Below are positions 13,919 through 21,424 of a DNA stretch of 26,162 bases, in pieces. The translations under genes and the position numbers were made by a program. Under the pieces are notes generated by a model that had not been told where the DNA came from, searched no databases, and worked only from the letters and a program-made list of their open reading frames with translations. This DNA comes from a virus (taxonomy: Duplodnaviria > Heunggongvirae > Uroviricota > Caudoviricetes): IMG/VR virus record IMGVR_UViG_3300028965_000026. The stretch is one strand, 5' to 3'. Each line of letters begins with the position of its first letter. The first letter of the stretch is position 1.

Positions 13919-14481
13919 TGGAGCCATTGATGATGGGCGCCTGGCATCAGGCGGTGATTGACAGTCTGAAACAAATTCCCTGGGTGGAAGATGCCGATGA
14001 GTACCCGGAAAAAGTGACGCAACTGGTGACGCCTGCTGTGTTTGTGGATGTACCGGGCTGGGACAAGGCTCATTTTGCTGACGGGCAAACGCGGGTCACG
14101 CTGAAATGTGATCTGTTTGTGGTGACAGACCGGGCCGGGAAGACGGAAAACGTGCCAAAACCGCAGATTTTTGCCCGTTGTCTGGCGATGGATTTATCTG
14201 ACTGGATTGAGGGAGCCACGTTCGGGCTGGATAACGTTGATCCGGCGGTTTTTATCGATGCTGAGGTGGATACCTTCGACCGGCTGCTGGACGACTACAT
14301 CGTTTTCCGTGTCTCTTTCGAACAGGACATTCCGGTCGGCGAAGATCCGTTTGCGGTTCCGGCAGGTGCGCCGTTACAGGAAGTCTGGCTGGGTAAAGTA
14401 CCGGAAACCGGCAAGAGACATGAGCAGGATTATCGTCTTATCTGGAAATCGGAGGGCACCGGTGATGAGTCTGGCAGATGA
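13915..14481 (+). CDS. Hypothetical virion protein (possible tail completion or neck protein)
   Basis: 188-aa acidic ORF, start overlapping the preceding stop (GTG 13915 / ATG 13918), 3' end overlapping the V-like gene. No motif recognised. Confidence 0.55.
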   Translation: MMEPLMMGAWHQAVIDSLKQIPWVEDADEYPEKVTQLVTPAVFVDVPGWDKAHFADGQTRVTLKCDLFVVTDRAGKTENVPKPQIFARCLAMDLSDWIEGATFGLDNVDPAVFIDAEVDTFDRLLDDYIVFRVSFEQDIPVGEDPFAVPAGAPLQEVWLGKVPETGKRHEQDYRLIWKSEGTGDESGR

Positions 14482-15088
14482 AGTGGCAGAGTTACGCCGC
14501 AGGGTGGCGGACATGGTCCGTCGCGGCGTGGTGGACGAGGTGATCCCGGGTAGCCCGGTTATGGTTCGGGTGGATATCGGGGATGTGCTTTCGCCTCCGT
14601 TGCCCTGGATTCAGGTACAGTCCGGGCGCTACATGCAAGTCAGTAATTACCCGGCTCCCGGAGATGCCGTTACAGTGATATCGGAGGCAGGCGATCTGCG
14701 TAACGGTCGGGTGTATCCGGGGGCTAATATTGACGCCATTCCTGTCCCTGAGGGCAGTGAATACGAACATGTTATTTTGTTTGATACCGGAACGGAAATC
14801 CGTTACGACCGTCAGGCTAATGCCCTGTCCATCACGCTGGCTGAAGGCGGCAGCTATAAAATTACCGGCAGGGGAACCCTGGACGGTCCGGTAGAAATCA
14901 CAGATACCCTGACCGTACAGGGTAAAGCAACCATGAATGCTGAGGCGGTGGTTAAGGCGGATCTGATGGTCGGTGGTGAGGTTTCTGATTATCACGGAAC
15001 GATGAGTCAAATCAGAATTGTCTATAACGGTCACAATCACCGGGGCGACAGTGGTGGCAGCACCGGACAGCCTGGTCAGCAAATGTAA
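14465..15088 (+). CDS. V: Baseplate hub/spike protein (P2 gpV-like)
   Basis: ATG at 14465 (MSLADEVAELRRR...). C-terminal ...HNHRGDSGGSTGQPG matches the P2 V motif ...HKHPGDSGGTTG as recalled. The six-frame ORF from 14171 is an upstream extension. Confidence 0.85.
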   Translation: MSLADEVAELRRRVADMVRRGVVDEVIPGSPVMVRVDIGDVLSPPLPWIQVQSGRYMQVSNYPAPGDAVTVISEAGDLRNGRVYPGANIDAIPVPEGSEYEHVILFDTGTEIRYDRQANALSITLAEGGSYKITGRGTLDGPVEITDTLTVQGKATMNAEAVVKADLMVGGEVSDYHGTMSQIRIVYNGHNHRGDSGGSTGQPGQQM

Positions 15089-15121
15089 TCTCCTTTCAGT
15101 TCTTTTTCCGGAATAAACAAC

Positions 15122-15478
15122 ATGATTGGTATTGATTCAGCCACCGGCAGATATCTGCACGGTAACGAACATCTGCGCCAGTCCGTCACCGATATTTTGT
15201 CAACACCGGTCGGCAGCCGGGTCCTGCTCAGGGAATACGGCAGCAGACTTTTCAGTCTGCTTGATAACCCACAGGATGATTTCACGCGGGTGAGAATTGT
15301 TCGTGAAACGGTAACCGCCCTTGAACGCTGGGAACCCCGCCTGACTCTCCGGCGGGTGGAAGTGACGTGGACAGGAGAAGGAAGCGCGTGGCTGACGCTT
15401 GTCGGGGTGAATAACGAAACTCAGGATACGATTCGACTCGAGGAGATAAAAATTGGCAACGTCTCAGGCAATTATTGA
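15122..15478 (+). CDS. Baseplate wedge protein (P2 gpW / GPW-gp25 family)
   Basis: 118 aa. GIDSATGRYLHGNEHLRQSVTDILSTPVGSRVLLREYGS ... ERWEPRL resembles P2 W (GINRRTGKLIRDHEHIRQSIRDILTTPIGSRVMRRNYGS ... ARWEPRI). Confidence 0.9.
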   Translation: MIGIDSATGRYLHGNEHLRQSVTDILSTPVGSRVLLREYGSRLFSLLDNPQDDFTRVRIVRETVTALERWEPRLTLRRVEVTWTGEGSAWLTLVGVNNETQDTIRLEEIKIGNVSGNY

Positions 15479-16367
15479 TCTGTCCGCGATACCAGTACCG
15501 GATGCGGTGGAGGTGCCGGACACCGCTGTGCTGGTCACTCAGATAGTGGCGAAGTATCAGGAGCTGGATACGTTGTTTTCGGCTCTGGTGGAATCTGATC
15601 CCGCGTATAAATGGGCAGAGGCGCTGGCTTATCGGGTGGCGCTGATGCGCCAGCAGATAAATGATGCTGTCCGTGCTGTACTGCTTGCCAGTGCCGGTGG
15701 GAACGATCTGGATCAGGTTGGCGCGAATTATCAGGTTCAGCGGCTGGTTATTACCCCGGCAGACGACAGCACCATTCCGCCCACGCCGGCGGTGTATGAA
15801 GATGATGACGCTTTTCGCGAACGTATCCAGTTGTCATGGGCACGGCTCAGCACCGCTGGCGCGAAAAATGCGTATCACTATTTTGCACAAAGTGCTGATC
15901 CTGATGTGCTGGATGTGAAGGCTTACGGGCCGGAAACACATTCGCAGGAAGGCCGGGTTTTTCTTTATGTGTTATCCCGGTCCGGAAATGGCACTGCATC
16001 ACACCCCCTGCTGGATAAGGTGGCAGCATCAGTTTGTGATGATGAAACCCGTCCCCTGACGGATTTTGTCAGTGTCCGGACGGCAGAAATTATTCCCTAC
16101 GATGTGGTGGCGGATATTCATATTCCCTACGGACTGGATGGTGAACTGGTTATGGCAAATGCCCGCAAGGCGCTGCAGTCATACACTGACAGCGTCCACC
16201 GGATTGGCTCGGTGGCATCCCGTTCTGGTATGGATGGTGCCCTTCACCAGACCGGGGTGATTACGGTGAATCTGACCTCTCCGGGCAGTGATATCGTTCC
16301 TGCGATGGGGCAGGCACCGTGGTGTCGCTCAGTCACACTGAACAAGGTGGAGACAACCGATGAATGA
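15453..16367 (+). CDS. J: Baseplate assembly protein (P2 gpJ-like)
   Basis: 304 aa. Long identity block with P2 J as recalled (NDAVRAVLLASAGGNDLDQVGANYQVQRLVITPADDSTIPPTPAV). TTG start at 15453 with GGAG 8 nt upstream; overlaps the end of the W-like gene. Confidence 0.9.
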   Translation: MATSQAIIDLSAIPVPDAVEVPDTAVLVTQIVAKYQELDTLFSALVESDPAYKWAEALAYRVALMRQQINDAVRAVLLASAGGNDLDQVGANYQVQRLVITPADDSTIPPTPAVYEDDDAFRERIQLSWARLSTAGAKNAYHYFAQSADPDVLDVKAYGPETHSQEGRVFLYVLSRSGNGTASHPLLDKVAASVCDDETRPLTDFVSVRTAEIIPYDVVADIHIPYGLDGELVMANARKALQSYTDSVHRIGSVASRSGMDGALHQTGVITVNLTSPGSDIVPAMGQAPWCRSVTLNKVETTDE

Positions 16368-16950
16368 CAAAATCAGAAGCATACTTCCTGTCAGCGCCAG
16401 CCGGGCAGAGCGGGTGGTGGACAGTACCGCCGGTGATATGCTGGCGGAAATCGCAGTATGTCTGATCCGCTATGTCAAAAATCCCGATTTATGTCCTGCT
16501 GAATTGCTGCCATGGCTGGCCTGGGAAATGGCGGTGGACACCTGGAATGAACACTGGACGGAGGCGGAAAAAAGGTCTGCGATAAAACGTGCTGCATACA
16601 TCCACCGCCACAGAGGGACTAAAGCGGCGCTGATGGCATCGCTGGCTGACAGTCCCTTCCGGTCGCAGATTGTTGAGTGGTATGAGCAGACCCCACCCGG
16701 GGAGCCGTATACCTTCCGTCTGAACGTGGAGCAGAAAGATTTACCGGTGCTGATGAATGATCATCAGGATCTGAAGCATGCGGTGCTCCGTGCCAAAAAT
16801 CTGCGCAGCTGGTTCAGTATTCACGTTTACGGGAACAGCACAGGGCGTGGATTTGGTTACGGCTATGTGATGGCGACAGAAAAAATCAGAAGTACCGGTG
16901 TGACAACAAAGACAGTGCCCACAGGCGGGCAGAGTGAGGCAGGTGTATGA
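16360..16950 (+). CDS. I: Baseplate/tail protein (P2 gpI-like)
   Basis: 196 aa. NPDLCPAELLPWLAWEMAVDTWNEHWTEAEKRSAIKRA matches P2 I (NPDTCPANLLPWLAWAFSVDRWDEKWPEATKRAVIRDA). Confidence 0.9.
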   Translation: MNDKIRSILPVSASRAERVVDSTAGDMLAEIAVCLIRYVKNPDLCPAELLPWLAWEMAVDTWNEHWTEAEKRSAIKRAAYIHRHRGTKAALMASLADSPFRSQIVEWYEQTPPGEPYTFRLNVEQKDLPVLMNDHQDLKHAVLRAKNLRSWFSIHVYGNSTGRGFGYGYVMATEKIRSTGVTTKTVPTGGQSEAGV

Positions 16951-18332
16951 ATGGACTGATTCTGACAACGTCCGGCGCTGCAGAAATTGAAGCAGCATAT
17001 CAGAACGGGCAAACCGTGACCGTCCGGCATGTTCTGCTTGGTGACGGGGGCGGGCGGGCATTGCCATCCACGCCGGATGAAATGGCAGCAATGACATCGT
17101 TGTACGGCGAATTCGGGCAGGAACCCTTTTCCGACGGTGCGGTGGAGGAGGGCTTCATCAGCGGGGATATTGTGATTGACTGTAAATCATACCCCGGTAA
17201 AACCCTTCGTGAACTGGGGATGATCAGCGACAGAGGTACGCTTATCGCGTACGGACGTTATCCCGACACCTTTTTACCAGACCAGACGGACTCTGTTATC
17301 AAGGAAGTTATTCTGACGCTGGTTCTTGGGCTGACGCACGCACAAAACGTGGTGCTGGAAGTTGATCCGGACAGGGCCATTATTACTCAGGAAATCGGAG
17401 ACAGACGCTATCTGCAACGAAAAAAGAATCTTTCGGATGTGGAAGACAAGGATGAGGCTGTTGAAAACCTCGGATTAAAACCCACGGTGGACAAGGCAAA
17501 AAATGCCGTTCAGCGTGATGGTGACACCATGACCGGGGAACTGAAAATCCGTGGTGTTAATGCGCTGAGGATTTTCAACGAAGCCTTTGGTCTGATTTTT
17601 CGTCGTTCGGAAGAGTGCCTGCACCTTATCCCTACCAGTGAAGGTCAGGGCGAGAATGGCGATATTGGTCCACTTCGACCGTTCACTATTAATCTGCGGA
17701 CGGGTGAAATATCCATGTCGCATAAAGTGTCTGTTGGCGGCGGTTCTCAGGTCAATGGTGCGCTGGGTATCGGCGTTCAGAACGCGCTGGGCGGAAACTC
17801 AATTGCTTTCGGGGATAACGATACAGGTATAAAACAAAACGGCGACGGCATTCTGGATGTTTATGCGAATGGACAGCATGTATTTCGTTTCCAGAATGGT
17901 GTGGCGATAGCGTTAAAAAATATTCAGGCCGGAAATGCTAAAAAATTCACGTTATCCAGCGCCAACAACTCCACGAAAAACGCAACGTTTAATTTATGGG
18001 GTAATTCATCCCGACCTGTAGTTGCAGAGCTTGGTGATGATTCCGGCTGGCATTTTTACAGTCAGAGGAATACGGATAACAGTATAACGTTCGCTGTAAA
18101 CGGGCAGATGGTTCCATCAAACTACGGAAACTTTGATGCCCGCTATCAGACCAAAACAGGCGGTGTACAGGATGTGCGTCTGGGCAGTGCCATTGGTATT
18201 GGGCGTGGCGGGAACGCACCATCAGGTCACCTTATCAGCGGTCTTGATGGTGGTGAAAGTATGGACTGGGCCAATGCCCGCCCGGTGCAGGTTCTGATTA
18301 ATGGCGTCTGGCGGAATGTAGCGAGTTTGTAA
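16947..18332 (+). CDS. H: Tail fibre protein (P2 gpH-like, C-terminal receptor-binding region conserved)
   Basis: 461 aa. C-terminal about 170 aa nearly collinear with P2 H as recalled (NALGGNSIAFGDNDTGIKQNGDGILDVYANGQHVFRFQNGVAIALKNIQAG ... FNLWGNSSRPVVAELGDDSGWHFYSQRNTDNSITFAVNGQM). Confidence 0.85.
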   Translation: MNGLILTTSGAAEIEAAYQNGQTVTVRHVLLGDGGGRALPSTPDEMAAMTSLYGEFGQEPFSDGAVEEGFISGDIVIDCKSYPGKTLRELGMISDRGTLIAYGRYPDTFLPDQTDSVIKEVILTLVLGLTHAQNVVLEVDPDRAIITQEIGDRRYLQRKKNLSDVEDKDEAVENLGLKPTVDKAKNAVQRDGDTMTGELKIRGVNALRIFNEAFGLIFRRSEECLHLIPTSEGQGENGDIGPLRPFTINLRTGEISMSHKVSVGGGSQVNGALGIGVQNALGGNSIAFGDNDTGIKQNGDGILDVYANGQHVFRFQNGVAIALKNIQAGNAKKFTLSSANNSTKNATFNLWGNSSRPVVAELGDDSGWHFYSQRNTDNSITFAVNGQMVPSNYGNFDARYQTKTGGVQDVRLGSAIGIGRGGNAPSGHLISGLDGGESMDWANARPVQVLINGVWRNVASL

Positions 18333-18334
18333 TT

Positions 18335-18880
18335 ATGATGCACTTAAAAAATCTTACGGTACAAAACCCTAAAACAATTGAGCAATACCAGCTGGCGCGA
18401 CAGCATAAATTTTTATTGTGGCTGCTCTCCGATGATGGTCAGGAATGGCACGAAGCCCAGGAAAAATTTCAGCCAGACACTCTGAAAGTTATTTATGTTG
18501 AAACTGGCGAAGTGGTCTGGGTTGGAAAAGACATCACCTCAATCTGCCCGGAAAATAAAAGTGTGATTGAGTTGCCGGATATTACCGCTAATCGTCGCAT
18601 TGAGGCGTCGGGATACTGGTTCTACCGCAATGATGAATTTGTTTTCGACTACAAACTTAAAGCGGAAGATGAGCGTGACGCACTGTTAAAACAGGTCAGT
18701 ATCATGACCAGCGAATGGGAAAAAGACCTGCTGCTGGGTTTAATCAGCGACGAAGACAGGGAAAAGCTCAAAGCGTACCGCATTTACGCGAAATCGCTGC
18801 AGGCGATGGATTTCAGCGCTATTACGGATAAGACCACTTACAACAATATTAGCTGGCCTGAGCAGCCACAAAATACCTGA
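18335..18880 (+). CDS. Tail fibre assembly chaperone (P2 gpG / Tfa family)
   Basis: 181 aa. MMHLKNLTVQNPKTIEQYQL ... FQPDTLKVIYVE ... VIELPDITANRR ... WPEQPQ matches P2 G as recalled (MQHLKNIKSGNPKTKEQYQL ... FQPDTIKIVYDE ... VVEVPDITSNRR ... WPEMPQ). Confidence 0.9.
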   Translation: MMHLKNLTVQNPKTIEQYQLARQHKFLLWLLSDDGQEWHEAQEKFQPDTLKVIYVETGEVVWVGKDITSICPENKSVIELPDITANRRIEASGYWFYRNDEFVFDYKLKAEDERDALLKQVSIMTSEWEKDLLLGLISDEDREKLKAYRIYAKSLQAMDFSAITDKTTYNNISWPEQPQNT

Positions 18881-18899
18881 AAAAGAAGTTAATCATCTG

Positions 18900-18921
18900 A
18901 CCGCCTGAGGGCGGTTTTTTT
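18900..18921 (+). terminator. Intrinsic terminator after the tail fibre assembly gene (ACCGCC-TGAG-GGCGGT, T6 tail)
   Basis: Perfect 6-bp stem with a tetraloop and six T residues. Confidence 0.65.
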
Positions 18922-18934
18922 ATGGGAGAAATGT

Positions 18935-20410
18935 ATGCCCGGATTACATGGTGTTGAAACCATTGAACTGACGACAGGCACGGTTGCCGTGCAGACCATC
19001 TCCACGGCAGTGATTGGCCTGGTGGGGACAGCGCCGGACGCCTCTGGTGGTGTGTGCGCTTCCGGCACAGCCGGCTCCTGGCTGCTGGGAACGGCGCTGG
19101 ATTTCACGGCGAAACAGGAAGGTCGGGCCGGTAATAAGATTTCGGTTGTTGCTGTGGCTGCCACAGAACAAAACGCGCAGACAGTGGCCTCGCTGAAAGG
19201 TACGACCCTGACGATAACACTGGGGACGGACGAACACAGCCAGGTTAACGCCACGGCGGACCGTGTGACTGAAGTGGTGAATGCGCTGGGGGATTCGCCT
19301 GTGACGGCGGCTGTCAGCACCTTGAATGCAGGAGACGCTGAAAATAAAGTGGTGTTGCCGTTCAGCCTGACGTTATCCGGCGGAGAAGATGAGGCGTTCC
19401 CGGTCAATACACCAGTGGTGGTGGCAGGGGCCATTACTCAGGCAGGGAAACTGGGCACAGCCGGAACATTATACCCGGCCCTGCGAGATATTTTTGACCA
19501 GACTGGTGCGCTGGTGATTGTGGTGCGCGCAGAAAGTAAAACAAAGACGAAAGAGGCCGAACAGCGTGCGGCGGTGATTCAGGCCATGGAGGCGCTGACA
19601 GAAAGTAAGGGCGTGACAGGCTATCAACCGCGCGTCCTCATTGCCACGGGGTACAGTGAGGATGATGGCGTGGCAAAGGCGCTGGAAACGTATGCCGTGA
19701 AGCTGCGGGCTGTGGCCTATATTGACTCGCCTTCAATGGCAACGCCGCAGGATGTGGTTCAGCGGCGCGCGTCATTTGGTGGGCGTGTGGAGCTGCTGCG
19801 TCCGCGCGTGTCAGTGACGGATGACAGCGGGCAAACGATATTTCGTCCATATTCGGCTCGTGCTGCCGGGCTGCGTGCCCGTATTGATTACGAAAAAGGG
19901 TGGTGGTGGTCCAAATCAAACCAGGACGTGATGAATATCACCGGTCTGGAGCAGGTGGATACGTTTATTCTCGGGGAGCAGAACTGCACGGCAAACCTGC
20001 TGAACATGGAAAATATCTCCACCATTATTCGCCATGACGGTTTTAAACACTGGGGTAACCGTCTGTGCACATCCCACAGTCAGTGGCGTTTTGAGCCGGT
20101 ACGCCGCACTGCAGATGTGATTGAGGACAGCATCCAGGAGGCCATGCTGCCTTATGTCGATCGCCCGCTTGATCGGGATGTGGCAGACGACATTCTTGGC
20201 AGCATTAATGCCTATATGCGTCAGCTTAAAAATCTGGGCGCGATCCACGGTGGCAGTGCATGGCTGAACGATGAACTGAACACTGCAGAAACCCTGGCGG
20301 CAGGGCAGTTGTATATCGATTATGACTTTGGGCCGAAGTCACCACTGGAGCGCCTGACACTGCGGGCAATGATTAACAATAAACTGGCGCTGGAGGAACT
20401 GACGGTATGA
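18935..20410 (+). CDS. Contractile tail sheath protein (P2 FI-like) with an extra N-proximal domain of about 110 aa
   Basis: 491 aa. N-terminus (HGVETIELTTGTVAVQTISTAVIGLVGTAPDA) and C-terminal two-thirds (WGNRLCTS..., ETLAAGQLYIDYDFGPKSPLERLTLRA) match P2 FI as recalled. About 95 aa longer than P2 FI. Confidence 0.9.
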   Translation: MPGLHGVETIELTTGTVAVQTISTAVIGLVGTAPDASGGVCASGTAGSWLLGTALDFTAKQEGRAGNKISVVAVAATEQNAQTVASLKGTTLTITLGTDEHSQVNATADRVTEVVNALGDSPVTAAVSTLNAGDAENKVVLPFSLTLSGGEDEAFPVNTPVVVAGAITQAGKLGTAGTLYPALRDIFDQTGALVIVVRAESKTKTKEAEQRAAVIQAMEALTESKGVTGYQPRVLIATGYSEDDGVAKALETYAVKLRAVAYIDSPSMATPQDVVQRRASFGGRVELLRPRVSVTDDSGQTIFRPYSARAAGLRARIDYEKGWWWSKSNQDVMNITGLEQVDTFILGEQNCTANLLNMENISTIIRHDGFKHWGNRLCTSHSQWRFEPVRRTADVIEDSIQEAMLPYVDRPLDRDVADDILGSINAYMRQLKNLGAIHGGSAWLNDELNTAETLAAGQLYIDYDFGPKSPLERLTLRAMINNKLALEELTV

Positions 20411-20925
20411 TGACGGGTGAAAAAAAACTGTTGCGCGCATGGGCGTTATTTCTTCCTGGCGGAATCCGCCTTCAGGGGGCACATGAATACACGCCACCTG
20501 CCATTAATATCACGACAGTGGATATCAAAACTGGCGCAATGGATGCACCGGTGGCAGTGGATGACGGCATGGAAGCGCTGACCTGTTCGTTTAAGATTTA
20601 TGGTTATGATGTTGCCATGCTTACGCTGCTGGGATTACAGGCCGGGCTTTATTCGCCGGAGATTGTTGTCCGCCAGGCTTACCAGGTGGGGAATGCGACC
20701 AGCGGGCAGGTGGAAACTCTGCAGGGGATGATCACCAGTATCACGCCGGATGCGCGTCCCGCAACGTCACAGGCAGAGGCTTCGGTGACGGTGGAAATGT
20801 CACTGAGTTATTACCGTCAGGCTGTTGACGGTGTGGAAACCATCTGCATTATTCCGGAGGAATTTGTGCGTCGTATTAACGGCGTTAATGTTCTGGCGGA
20901 TCTGAAAAAAATCATCCGGGTTTAA
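20407..20925 (+). CDS. Tail tube protein (P2 FII-like)
   Basis: 172 aa (same length as P2 FII), directly downstream of the sheath gene with overlapping start and stop. Confidence 0.8.
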   Translation: MMTGEKKLLRAWALFLPGGIRLQGAHEYTPPAINITTVDIKTGAMDAPVAVDDGMEALTCSFKIYGYDVAMLTLLGLQAGLYSPEIVVRQAYQVGNATSGQVETLQGMITSITPDARPATSQAEASVTVEMSLSYYRQAVDGVETICIIPEEFVRRINGVNVLADLKKIIRV

Positions 20926-20946
20926 TCCGGGGATCCTGTCATTCAG

Positions 20947-20970
20947 GCAGCTCAGGCTGCCTTTTCTTTT
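20947..20970 (+). terminator. Terminator-like hairpin after the tube gene (GGCAGC-TCAG-GCTGCC, TTTTCTTTTT tail)
   Basis: 6-bp stem with a tetraloop and a T-rich tail, immediately upstream of the AAGGAG RBS of the next gene. Confidence 0.55.
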
Positions 20971-20984
20971 TAAAGGAGATGCTT

Positions 20985-21287
20985 ATGTCGGAAAAAAACA
21001 GTGTTCCTGCCAGCAGCGTGGAAATTGTGTTATCCGTGCCGTATGTCACCGCATCAGGACAGACGATCACGCACGTCACTATGCGTGCGCCCACTGTCCG
21101 CGATCGTCTGTTGCATCGCCGGAGTAACAAACCGGAAGCAGAGGCTGATCTGGATATGATTGCCGGTCTGTGTGGGATGGACGCGGCAGACATGATGAAC
21201 ATGGAAGCGTGTGATTACCTGGCCCTGGAGCGTCAGTTTAATGTTTTTTTGCTGCCGCCGGTCCGGCGGAAGAAGAAAGCATCCTGA
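20985..21287 (+). CDS. Tail assembly chaperone (P2 gpE-like, tape-measure chaperone)
   Basis: AAGGAG at 20973-20978 with 6-nt spacing to ATG 20985. About 100-aa ORF immediately upstream of the tape measure gene. A T7 run sits near its 3' end. Confidence 0.75.
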   Translation: MSEKNSVPASSVEIVLSVPYVTASGQTITHVTMRAPTVRDRLLHRRSNKPEAEADLDMIAGLCGMDAADMMNMEACDYLALERQFNVFLLPPVRRKKKAS

Positions 21288-21424
21288 CAGCGATACGGCG
21301 TGCCGGTGCCTGGTTCGGGTGGTCTCCCGGAGATGTGATGGCGCTGCCGTATACGGATTTTGTGGCAATGATGCTGGCGGAGTCGGAAGAGAGGAAGCGA
21401 TGTTATGGCAACGGTGGGCGATAA
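20985..21424 (+). CDS. Predicted -1 frameshift fusion product (P2 E+E'-like extended chaperone); slip at 21245-21251
   Basis: Slippery heptamer T TTT TTG in the zero frame at 21245-21251. The -1 frame then stays open for 58 codons (FFAAAGPAEEESILTAIRRAGAWFGWSPGDVMALPYTDFVAMMLAESEERKRCYGNGGR) to TAA at 21422-21424, overlapping the tape measure start. Same layout as P2 E/E' and lambda G/GT. Confidence 0.5.
21244..21251 (+). other. Programmed -1 ribosomal frameshift slippery site (TTTTTTTG)
   Basis: Run of seven T then G near the 3' end of the chaperone gene, with an open -1 frame downstream. Confidence 0.55.
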
